Source: an uncultured Legionellales bacterium
Lineage (GTDB): Bacteria > Pseudomonadota > Gammaproteobacteria > JAHCLG01
Direction of reading: 5' to 3'
DNA length: 64,000 nt
Assembly: GCA_964352985.1 (NCBI GenBank)
Contig: CAYGUK010000004.1
Location: 2,980 to 66,979 of the forward strand
The notes under the pieces are model-generated. The model searched no databases. It was not told where the DNA came from and saw only the letters and a list, made by a program, of their open reading frames with translations. Below, piece after piece: positions 40,845 through 49,401 of this stretch (positions are counted from its first letter, which is position 1; every line of letters starts with the position of its first letter). The position numbers and the translations under genes are program-made.

Positions 40845-43025
40845 CTACACTTTTTCCTTAGGTTTATGACCTTTAATCCAATATTTAATAACGATTGGAA
40901 TAATAATAATGAGTAAGATAATAAAAAATAATATCACTGGCCACCAAATCGGTTTATTCCATGCTATTCTTTTTTGATCACGCAAGATGGGATTGATACT
41001 TCGATATTTAAGATCACTACCTCCAATCGCTGGAATTTTATAAGCACCATTCCATTGGTGTAATAACGCATAATTCATAGGGTGATAGCCAAATACCCAA
41101 GGCGCATCACGTCGAATAATGTCTAGCATTTTATTAATCACTTCTTGTCGTTTTGGACCATTGGGTAAATCTTTCATGTGTTGATATAATTCATCGTATT
41201 CTTTATTAAAATAATTTACCGCATTTTCGCCACCGTATTTCACTTTCCCATTTTTGCCGTAAAGCAAAAAAAGAAAATTTTCGGGATCAGGATAATCGGC
41301 TAACCATCCCCAAGAAAACATTTGCACATTACCATTTCTCACTTTTTCTTGAAACCGATTATAGGTAGTCGCTCGAATATGTAATTGAATGCCGAGTTTA
41401 GCAAATTGTTTTCTCATCCAGTCTAATCGCGATTTATCATCAGGCCCACTGCTACCAACCGTATCATAATTTAAGATAAGCGGTTTACCTGTTTTCGCGT
41501 CACGCCCATTAGGATAACCGGCTTCTGCTAATAACTTTTTCGCATCATCAATTGATAATCTTTCTGCTTGATTATCCGCCCAGCGATACACAAATGGATT
41601 AATGCCTTTTTTACCCGTTAAAGTCCCAAAAATCCCTGGTGGGATCGGCCCCTGCGCAGGCACGCCACGACCATTTAAAAAAATAGAAATATAATCTTCA
41701 TAATCAAGTGCAATAGAAATAGCTTGACGTAACTTTCGGGCTTTAGGCGTTAGACCTCCCACCACATCATCATTCATATTAAAACCAAGATACATCGTGC
41801 CAAGACCAATACTATTATCAAGCTTAATCCCTTTTTGTTGCATATCAGGTGAGAGAACAGGTTCACCTTGTTCATCAATTTTAATCGCTTGATCAAAACT
41901 ATCTGCTGAAATTGCGGAAGTATCATAATAACCTTGTAAAAATTTACTCCAACGCGGAATACTTTCTTTCTCTAAATCAAAAACTACTTTATCGATAAAC
42001 GGTAATGTTTGCCCTGCTTTTTCTAATAATCCATTCTCTTTATCTTTAGGTTCTCCGCTTGATGGATAAACTTCATGATGAAAATTTGGATTTTTTTCTA
42101 ACACCATTTGTTTATTGGGATTATTTTCAGTCAGCATATAAGGGCCCGTTCCAACAGGATACCAACTTAAACTTAAGTTTTTCTTTTCCATTCCGGGCTG
42201 GGAATAAAATAAATCTGCCTCCCATGGGACAGGCGCAAAAAAAGGCATCGCCAACCAATAAATAAATTGTGGATATTTGCCTTTTACTTTTATCTCATAC
42301 GTATATCTATCAATTTCTTTCACCCCTAGCAGGGAAAACTTTCTAAGATCAATAAATTCCCCATTTTTTTTCTTATTTATTTCTTGCTGTAATGTTTTCG
42401 CTAAGTCATCTAAGCCAATAATATAATGCCCCATTAAGCCAAAAAGAGGCGATTGAACTTCAGGATTGGCTAATCGCTTTATTTGATAAACATAATCTTC
42501 GGCGGTTAATTCACGTGTACCTGTATGTTTAAAATCTTGGAGTCGATATTTATTTTCTAATTGTAGTTGGGATAAATGATGATAAAGATATTCCCCCTTT
42601 TCATTCTTCGCAAAAGCTGGATGCGGTTGATATAAAATGCCAGGTTTTATTTTAATGGTATAAACACTATAAGCTATTTCATTTGTCGGTGCGGTATTAG
42701 GTAACACTTGATCATTTTTGTTGTAGTAAGTCGGTAAAGGCACTTCCTCTGCGGTAGCCGGAATTAATTGATATGGCCTTTTTAAATAGTGATATTGCAA
42801 AGGAGGTTCATAAATTTGTGTCGTAAAGACAGACTCATCGCTCGAATAAGATTTCGCAGGATCTAACGTTTTTGGTCTTTCGGCAAAACTTGAATATAAG
42901 ATATTTGCTTTAGCATCTTTTTGCAGGTGTGGGCTATTTAAAGGTTTATCATGACAAGCTGTAAGCCCTACAACCAAGAAGATAAATCCCAAAAACAAAA
43001 CGCATCGTTTCAACAAAGTCATCAT
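40845..43025 (-). CDS. family-5 substrate-binding lipoprotein (YejA/OppA-like) with extra C-terminal TM helix
   Basis: Lipobox LVVGLTAC; 726 aa SBP_bac_5-like; C-terminal WWPVILFFIILLIIIIPIVIKYW hydrophobic segment followed by KGHKPKEKV. Confidence 0.7.
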   Translation of the reverse strand: MMTLLKRCVLFLGFIFLVVGLTACHDKPLNSPHLQKDAKANILYSSFAERPKTLDPAKSYSSDESVFTTQIYEPPLQYHYLKRPYQLIPATAEEVPLPTYYNKNDQVLPNTAPTNEIAYSVYTIKIKPGILYQPHPAFAKNEKGEYLYHHLSQLQLENKYRLQDFKHTGTRELTAEDYVYQIKRLANPEVQSPLFGLMGHYIIGLDDLAKTLQQEINKKKNGEFIDLRKFSLLGVKEIDRYTYEIKVKGKYPQFIYWLAMPFFAPVPWEADLFYSQPGMEKKNLSLSWYPVGTGPYMLTENNPNKQMVLEKNPNFHHEVYPSSGEPKDKENGLLEKAGQTLPFIDKVVFDLEKESIPRWSKFLQGYYDTSAISADSFDQAIKIDEQGEPVLSPDMQQKGIKLDNSIGLGTMYLGFNMNDDVVGGLTPKARKLRQAISIALDYEDYISIFLNGRGVPAQGPIPPGIFGTLTGKKGINPFVYRWADNQAERLSIDDAKKLLAEAGYPNGRDAKTGKPLILNYDTVGSSGPDDKSRLDWMRKQFAKLGIQLHIRATTYNRFQEKVRNGNVQMFSWGWLADYPDPENFLFLLYGKNGKVKYGGENAVNYFNKEYDELYQHMKDLPNGPKRQEVINKMLDIIRRDAPWVFGYHPMNYALLHQWNGAYKIPAIGGSDLKYRSINPILRDQKRIAWNKPIWWPVILFFIILLIIIIPIVIKYWIKGHKPKEKV

Positions 43026-43074
43026 GACTATCCATTTGAAATTTTATCAATTATACAACGATTTAATGTTGAGG

Positions 43075-43422
43075 TTAATGTGAAGAAGTTTGTTGATCAG
43101 AATTATTTGGAAATTGCACAATATTATTACGATTCGTTAGGCCTAAACGGACGACGATTTTTCCACATAAAGTAATGGTGGATGATAAACGTTGATTATC
43201 AGCTTGGTAATATTCAAATTTATAAGTACGCCAAATGCAGAAACGGCTATTTTGCTTACGAATCGAAACCGATGCTAACGCAGCAGTATCATCCAATAAT
43301 TGCAATTTGCGAATTTCACAGGCTCTTTTACTGACATCAACCGCAATTTTTTTAGCGTGTAGAGAATCAGCCCAGAGCCAGGCAACAAAGGCAATAATTA
43401 ATAATGTCACAATTGATATCAT
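43075..43422 (-). CDS. small N-terminally anchored protein (DUF3301-like)
   Basis: 115 aa, single N-terminal TM, LQLLDDTAAL motif resembling DUF3301 family. Confidence 0.3.
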   Translation of the reverse strand: MISIVTLLIIAFVAWLWADSLHAKKIAVDVSKRACEIRKLQLLDDTAALASVSIRKQNSRFCIWRTYKFEYYQADNQRLSSTITLCGKIVVRLGLTNRNNIVQFPNNSDQQTSSH

Positions 43423-43503
43423 AATCTCACTTTAATACATACAAGTAAAATGTGCAATAGCCAACGTAATAATATATTTTTTTCGACAAAGTTTCATGAA
43501 CTT

Positions 43504-45429
43504 TTAACCATTATTATTAAGGACTTCTTGATAAATCTTAATTGATGATTTGTCTTTAAGCCCTCTAACATATAGCTCGTAATCAAGATTCGCATTATCG
43601 CGTTCAATTTCTTGACGATAAGCTTTAGCTGTTACTTCATTTTTATCTAGGCTACCAGGGATAATTTCCTGTAAATCGATAATAAAATAATTGCCCTTGT
43701 CATCGCTAAATCCTGCGAGATTATTTTTATCATCCATTTTTAGTTGAAAAACTTTATTAATAATCATCGGATCAATTTTATCATTTACCCGACCAATATT
43801 AGTTTCAACTTGCCATTTAAGACCTGCTTTTTGCACAATATTGGCTTTATTATTACTGGTTAGTAATTGTTGTAATAAATTTTCACCTTTTTCTGACGTT
43901 AATTTTGCAATTGCTTTATCCTGTAACACTTTTACAATATCCGCTTTAACTTCGGCAAAAGGTTTGACTGCCGCAGGTTTATTTTCAATTATTCTTAACA
44001 CAATAATACTATTAGGATCGATTTGAATAGTATTACTGTTATAATTTTGTTTTAACACATCATCACTAAAAGCAGCGGCAACGACTTTAGGATTTTTTGT
44101 AATACCATCTGTTCCACCTTTTTGGCTAAATAAGCCAGTTTTTTCAATCGTTAGATTAAGTGCTTTGGCTGCCGGTGAAAGACTATCTGAATTGGTATAA
44201 GTTAAACTAGCAAGTCTATCACTCATATCAGCAAATTCTTTTTGAACTTTTGAATCTGTTAACGTTTTTGCAATATCATCTTTAACTTTTGCAAATGGGA
44301 TAGTAACAGAAGGTTTCATCGCTAATAATTTAACAATACTAAAACCGTATTTCGTTCTAATTGGTTTAGAATAATCACCTACTTTTTGTAAACCTTCTAA
44401 TGTTTGAGTAAAGCTTGGACCAAACACATTATCTTCACCAAACCAACCTAAATCCCCGCCTTTGTTTTTTGAAGCAACATCTGTTGAATATGTTTTTGCT
44501 AATTCTGCAAAATCTGCCCCTTGTTTGAGTTTTTGATAAATCATGTCAATTTTTTCTTTTGCACTTTTAGTTTTTGCTTCATCCGCATTTGGTGCTAATT
44601 GAATTAATATTTTTGCGACATGCCATTTTGGAGATGAACGATATGCTGTAATATTATTTTCATAATAATCCTGTAATTGTTTATTTGTTAATTTTATATT
44701 TTTTGCTAAATCAATTGTTGAAAGTTTAATATAACTAATGGCAACACGATGTGGTGCCATAAAATCTTTTTGGTGTTGTTGATAATAATTATTTGCACTC
44801 TCATCTGAAATATTTACCTTTTTGGTAAACTGATTAGCATTGATTTTAGTGAATGCAAAATTTCGTTTTTCAGATATCAAAGAAACAGCATTGTGAACTT
44901 CATAAGGCAACGCAACTGAAGTCCCAGCAATAATTTGTTGAACTTGGGCTATCAACATGCGATTTTGCATATCGGCTAAAAATTTATCAAGCGTATAGCC
45001 CATACTATACATGACTTGTTGAAAACGTTGTTCAGAGAATTGATCATTTTCTTGAAAAGCGGGCAAGTTACGAATAGTGCTATCTAATTGCAAATTAGAA
45101 ATATAAAAACCACCACTTCTGGCCCCTTTTGCTAAGACGATAGAATTAATTAATTCATCCATCGTTTGTTTTTTCATGGCCGCGATTAATTGAGGTGTTT
45201 GGGCGAAATTGGCACCTAATTGCATGCGAGCTTGCTGTTCGATATTACTATAAAGTTTGTCGTATTCTTTTTTAGTAATTTTAATACCATCGACTTTTGC
45301 TACGACTTGTTCGCTTTGTCCCGTTGTTAGATAATAACTAATACCCCAAATCGCAAATGTAATACAAACTAAAATAATAATCGTCCATGCGATAATACCA
45401 CTCGTTTTTTCACGAATACTCGTTAACAT
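43504..45429 (-). CDS. ppiD: periplasmic folding chaperone / peptidyl-prolyl isomerase PpiD
   Basis: Likely start MLTSIREKTSGIIAWTIIILVCITFAIWG (N-terminal TM anchor as in PpiD); SurA-like domains; parvulin-like segment (PHRVAISYIKL...; GGDLGWFGEDNVFGPSF). Confidence 0.75.
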   Translation of the reverse strand: MLTSIREKTSGIIAWTIIILVCITFAIWGISYYLTTGQSEQVVAKVDGIKITKKEYDKLYSNIEQQARMQLGANFAQTPQLIAAMKKQTMDELINSIVLAKGARSGGFYISNLQLDSTIRNLPAFQENDQFSEQRFQQVMYSMGYTLDKFLADMQNRMLIAQVQQIIAGTSVALPYEVHNAVSLISEKRNFAFTKINANQFTKKVNISDESANNYYQQHQKDFMAPHRVAISYIKLSTIDLAKNIKLTNKQLQDYYENNITAYRSSPKWHVAKILIQLAPNADEAKTKSAKEKIDMIYQKLKQGADFAELAKTYSTDVASKNKGGDLGWFGEDNVFGPSFTQTLEGLQKVGDYSKPIRTKYGFSIVKLLAMKPSVTIPFAKVKDDIAKTLTDSKVQKEFADMSDRLASLTYTNSDSLSPAAKALNLTIEKTGLFSQKGGTDGITKNPKVVAAAFSDDVLKQNYNSNTIQIDPNSIIVLRIIENKPAAVKPFAEVKADIVKVLQDKAIAKLTSEKGENLLQQLLTSNNKANIVQKAGLKWQVETNIGRVNDKIDPMIINKVFQLKMDDKNNLAGFSDDKGNYFIIDLQEIIPGSLDKNEVTAKAYRQEIERDNANLDYELYVRGLKDKSSIKIYQEVLNNNG

Positions 45430-45580
45430 TGACACTTCCCACAGCTTTATCAGAATTTGGGGAGTATACCCTACCACTTACACTTGTATCTACCCTGTTG
45501 ATAAAATAAGTAATGTTTTAAGTTAAACATGTTATTTTTTAGTAAACAGTATTTATAAATATAAAGTATGTAAAAAATGT

Positions 45581-46717
45581 TTAAGAGTCATATTCCAGTG
45601 GAATAGGCATTATTTCATCTTCAGATCCAATTGTGGCGGGGGCTACGTCGTAAGTCGGATCATTGGGTTTTTGCACAACCTCTTCAGTCTCATTCCCATT
45701 ATTATTCGATAATGGAATCAATGCAGATGCATCATTTTTCTGAACGCTTGGTTGGATCAATAATTCAGGCATTAAATTAACCTGACTGTGATCTGGTGCA
45801 TTATTTAAGTTTTCTTTGTCTAACATAGAAAGCGGTTTTTCTTTAGCGGGTTCTTTTTGTTTTTGCTGTGTTTGTTTTGCCACTTTAAATTTCGGCACTT
45901 GATTCAACATAATTTCTACACGGCGATTTCGTGCTCTATTTTCCGGATTATCATTAGGCACTAAATTATGAGTATCGGCAAAACCACGTATTTGCATTCT
46001 ATCTGCAGGTAATCCTGATTTTTTTAAAAACTCGTCAACTACTGAATAAGAACGCGATGACGACAACTCCCAATTTGATCGATAGCGAATATTCGAAATG
46101 GGTACATCATCGGTAAAACCAGAGATAATGATTTCACCTTCCATGTTGTGTAACGCATCACCTAATTTGTGGAGTACTGGTTTGAAATCTTCGTTGATTT
46201 CTGCGCTCCCTGATTCAAACGCAGCTTTATCCAACAGTCTAACAATAATTACATGTCCTTTATTTGTTACTTCGACTTGGTTTTTTACAATTTGATCTTT
46301 GAGTAATTCACGTAATGTGCTGGCATCTTTATTAGTTTGTTCTAAATCAACTGTAATGGGAATCGCACCGCCTTCACCATTTCCTATTGAATCCTTTGAA
46401 TATGGTGGGATGATATCGTAATTTTTATCTTTTCCAGAATCTTGTTTGTCAATGCTTTCATTAGTCGAGGGATCGACGGTTGTTGATACAGGGGAACCAA
46501 AAGCTTGTTGCATAGAGATCCCCATCATTTTAAATTTTTCTTTGTCCACTTCCGAAAGCGCAAATAACATCACAAAAAAAGCCATTAAAAGTGACATCAG
46601 ATCTGCAAACGTTAAAACCCACGTAGCCATCGTCTGCGCCATGACTTCTTGCGCAGTCCTTCGTTGTTTTGGTTTTGATTTTTTTTGTTCTTCTTGTATA
46701 TCCCTTTTTTCGCTCAC
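45581..46717 (-). CDS. motB: flagellar stator protein MotB/PomB family (OmpA-like peptidoglycan-binding domain, long C-terminal extension)
   Basis: TM plug region WVLTFADLMSLLMAFFVMLFAL; OmpA-like domain ...SNWELSSSRSYSVVDEFL...RNRRVEIML; ~110-aa Pro/Gln/Asn-rich tail. Confidence 0.8.
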   Translation of the reverse strand: MSEKRDIQEEQKKSKPKQRRTAQEVMAQTMATWVLTFADLMSLLMAFFVMLFALSEVDKEKFKMMGISMQQAFGSPVSTTVDPSTNESIDKQDSGKDKNYDIIPPYSKDSIGNGEGGAIPITVDLEQTNKDASTLRELLKDQIVKNQVEVTNKGHVIIVRLLDKAAFESGSAEINEDFKPVLHKLGDALHNMEGEIIISGFTDDVPISNIRYRSNWELSSSRSYSVVDEFLKKSGLPADRMQIRGFADTHNLVPNDNPENRARNRRVEIMLNQVPKFKVAKQTQQKQKEPAKEKPLSMLDKENLNNAPDHSQVNLMPELLIQPSVQKNDASALIPLSNNNGNETEEVVQKPNDPTYDVAPATIGSEDEIMPIPLEYDS

Positions 46718-46730
46718 ATCAATGTCCTAC

Positions 46731-47507
46731 TTAGCTATCTGCACCCGAAATTTCTGGTTCTGCTGCCCGTTGAGATCCGGGTAAATAGGTTTGTAGAATA
46801 TCATTTATAATTCGTGGGTTTTGACCTTGTTGTATTCCCAACACCGCATCAATAATTAATGATTTAATAATTTTTTCTTCTTTACTACGCAAATCAAGTT
46901 TATCCGCAATGGGAATTGCAATTAAATTTGCTAATACTGCGCCATAAAGTGTGGTTAACATAGCAATCGCCATCGCTGGTCCTAGTGATGATGGATCACT
47001 TAAGTTAGCTAACATTTGCACCAAACCAATTAATGTTCCTATCATCCCCATTGCCGGTGCCGCATCACCTATTGCTTTAAATATCTGCTGACCATTAATG
47101 TGTCTTTGCACAGTCATTTCCATGTCCTTGTATAACATGGTTTCGACAATCTCTCCATCAAGACCATCGACAAGATGTCCAATGCCACGTTTCAAAAAAT
47201 CATTTTTGATTTCGACACTCTCTAATGCCAAAATACCGTTTTTTCTAGCAGTATCTGCTAATTCTAAAACTTGGTGAATAATTTCAGTGGGAGATTCCAA
47301 TTTATTAAATAATGTTTTTAAGCCTATTTTCACAGCGCCAAAGAATTGGCCAAGTGAAAAGCGCATTAAGACAACCCCGGCACTTCCACCAAAAACGATC
47401 AATAAGGAAGGCACATTTACCATGCCACTTAGAGGACCACCAATCATGATTGCAGTAATAACAACCCCAAAAGCAGAAAGAAATCCTATCAGTGTTGCTA
47501 AATCCAT
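46731..47507 (-). CDS. motA: flagellar stator protein MotA/PomA family
   Basis: 258 aa, near-collinear with Vibrio PomA (MDLATL...GPAMA.A.LTTLYGA.L.N....PIADKL). Confidence 0.85.
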   Translation of the reverse strand: MDLATLIGFLSAFGVVITAIMIGGPLSGMVNVPSLLIVFGGSAGVVLMRFSLGQFFGAVKIGLKTLFNKLESPTEIIHQVLELADTARKNGILALESVEIKNDFLKRGIGHLVDGLDGEIVETMLYKDMEMTVQRHINGQQIFKAIGDAAPAMGMIGTLIGLVQMLANLSDPSSLGPAMAIAMLTTLYGAVLANLIAIPIADKLDLRSKEEKIIKSLIIDAVLGIQQGQNPRIINDILQTYLPGSQRAAEPEISGADS

Positions 47508-47548
47508 TTTATCTTCCTTTAACTCGTGACAACTTAATCAGTCATTTT

Positions 47549-47938
47549 TTATTCCCAAACTTTAACAGTCTCTATATATTTTTTCTGTTGCACTAAAGAT
47601 AAATTGAACCATAATTCAATAACATCATTTAAAATAGTTCTTATTTTATCGAGTGATTTCGTCAAATTATTAATATTGGCGGCAACGAGTTTATGTTCGA
47701 TAAAACAAAATAAGCCGTCTAATAAAGCAAACTGTTCTTTGTGAATATAGGCTTGCATTTTATCTCGTACCGTCATAACAAGATCTAAAATATGGCCGAT
47801 ACATTTACATTTTTCGATTGTGTTATTTCGTAACATATGACCTTTTGCTAACGTCAAGGATTCAATGGCATTTTCAATTAATGGCAAATTATCTTCGAAA
47901 CTGTTCTGTTGTATTAACTCATTTGCTGATGTTCCCAT
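47549..47938 (-). CDS. FliS-like flagellar export chaperone (tentative)
   Basis: 129 aa helical protein between flgL and motA; ...ILDLVMTVRDKMQ...LLDGLFCFIEHKLVAANINN...LDKIRTILNDVIELW resembles the FliS core (II.L...L......L..LY.Y....L..AN......L.EV..LL..I..AW). Confidence 0.4.
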   Translation of the reverse strand: MGTSANELIQQNSFEDNLPLIENAIESLTLAKGHMLRNNTIEKCKCIGHILDLVMTVRDKMQAYIHKEQFALLDGLFCFIEHKLVAANINNLTKSLDKIRTILNDVIELWFNLSLVQQKKYIETVKVWE

Positions 47939-48153
47939 ATTTGCTACCCTTTCCTATAATTAGAACCACGCACGCATTAAAGTTAACGCACGTCTCTTAT
48001 TTATTTATCGTTTGAAAAAGGAAAAACTTTAATAAATATCGAAAGATATTTAGAATATTTTAGTGAAACACAAGAACTTAAGCTTATCATGAATAAATTA
48101 CTTTAAAATAACAACTTAAGATAGTTAATTTCATCCTTGAAATTTGATTATCA

Positions 48154-49401
48154 TTATCTGAAATTTAGTCGATCAAATAAAGAAATCGAGCCTATTTCAG
48201 CAAAAACACGTTGTGAAATTTCCATTTGTTGGATGACTTGGGTTAATTTCGAAATAACTTCTGTTAAATTTGCATCCTGGAGTTTTGACATAGATGCCGC
48301 GTTTTGAACTTTGATATCTTCAAGTAAATTTTTTTCTGATTCAACAACTGATTCTCGTGATCCAATTTGGGAGACTTTTTCTAATACTGTTTGTAAACCT
48401 TGTTCAAACGAAGCCATGTTTCTATCAATGATATTATGAAAATTTGCAGATTCCACATCGTTATTGATATCCACATTTAAAATATTGATCATGTTCTGTA
48501 AGGAAGTAAAAATATTTTGACTACTACTGGGGGTAACTTGAAAATCATCACCGATATTCGGTGTGCCCTTAATTTCAATTTGATGGCCATTAAAATTAAT
48601 TGCACCACCTTCGACATAAGCAGGTGCATTCGCTGGCGATGCGGCGGGTAAAGGTGGAATCACTTGGCCGCTCGATGCCCCAACTACTTGATAAGCCAAT
48701 TCCCCAAGAGAATTAGTCACAAATGAAATCGTATAAGTATCCCTCACATAAGCATTATTATCTGTCACTTCGCCAATTGAAATAATGCCTGTCCCAGTAT
48801 TCGTTGTGGGCCCATCATTCGTGACAAATCGACCATTCCCCATAGCCACATTTTCAAAAATATCATAACCTGAATCGGTAATTGCAATACTGGTATTTAA
48901 ACCAACATCTAAAAATCGTTGACCCGCATCACCTTGGAAAATATAAGTATTATTATTGTTAACAAACGCCTTAGTTTTAGATTGAAAGCCAGAAAAAATA
49001 AATTCCCCATTGCTATCTTTTGTATTCGCAAGACCAACTAATTCATCTAACATCACTTGTAATTCACTTGCGATTAGTTTTCTATCACCATTATTGAGCG
49101 TTTCATTACTTCCTTGAATGTATAATTCTTTTACACGTCTCATTTTATCTGTCACCGACGTTAGCGTATTCTCTTCTAGCTGTAAACGCGATGTAGCATA
49201 AGTTGAATTTGTTAATAGCGATTCAATTTTTATATTAAAAACTTCGACACTGTTCACTCTAGTTGAAGCAACAGGATCATCTGAGGGACTTACTATTCTT
49301 TTTCCGGTTAATACTTGCAATTGTAAATTATCAATGTTTCCTTGTTGATCCAATAAACCTTGTAATAAGTTATTTTGAAAATGAAAAGTTGAAATTCTCA
49401 T
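48154..49401 (-). CDS. flgL: flagellar hook-associated protein 3
   Basis: Flagellin-like N- and C-terminal heptad regions; position after flgK. Confidence 0.8.
   Translation of the reverse strand: MRISTFHFQNNLLQGLLDQQGNIDNLQLQVLTGKRIVSPSDDPVASTRVNSVEVFNIKIESLLTNSTYATSRLQLEENTLTSVTDKMRRVKELYIQGSNETLNNGDRKLIASELQVMLDELVGLANTKDSNGEFIFSGFQSKTKAFVNNNNTYIFQGDAGQRFLDVGLNTSIAITDSGYDIFENVAMGNGRFVTNDGPTTNTGTGIISIGEVTDNNAYVRDTYTISFVTNSLGELAYQVVGASSGQVIPPLPAASPANAPAYVEGGAINFNGHQIEIKGTPNIGDDFQVTPSSSQNIFTSLQNMINILNVDINNDVESANFHNIIDRNMASFEQGLQTVLEKVSQIGSRESVVESEKNLLEDIKVQNAASMSKLQDANLTEVISKLTQVIQQMEISQRVFAEIGSISLFDRLNFR

Noticed and set aside
47549-47938. 129-aa ORF after flgL as FlgN (FlgK/FlgL chaperone) because of its position
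   Set aside because: The helical core pattern fits FliS better (LY.Y....L..AN and C-terminal ...AW) than FlgN. Kept as tentative FliS-like with low confidence.
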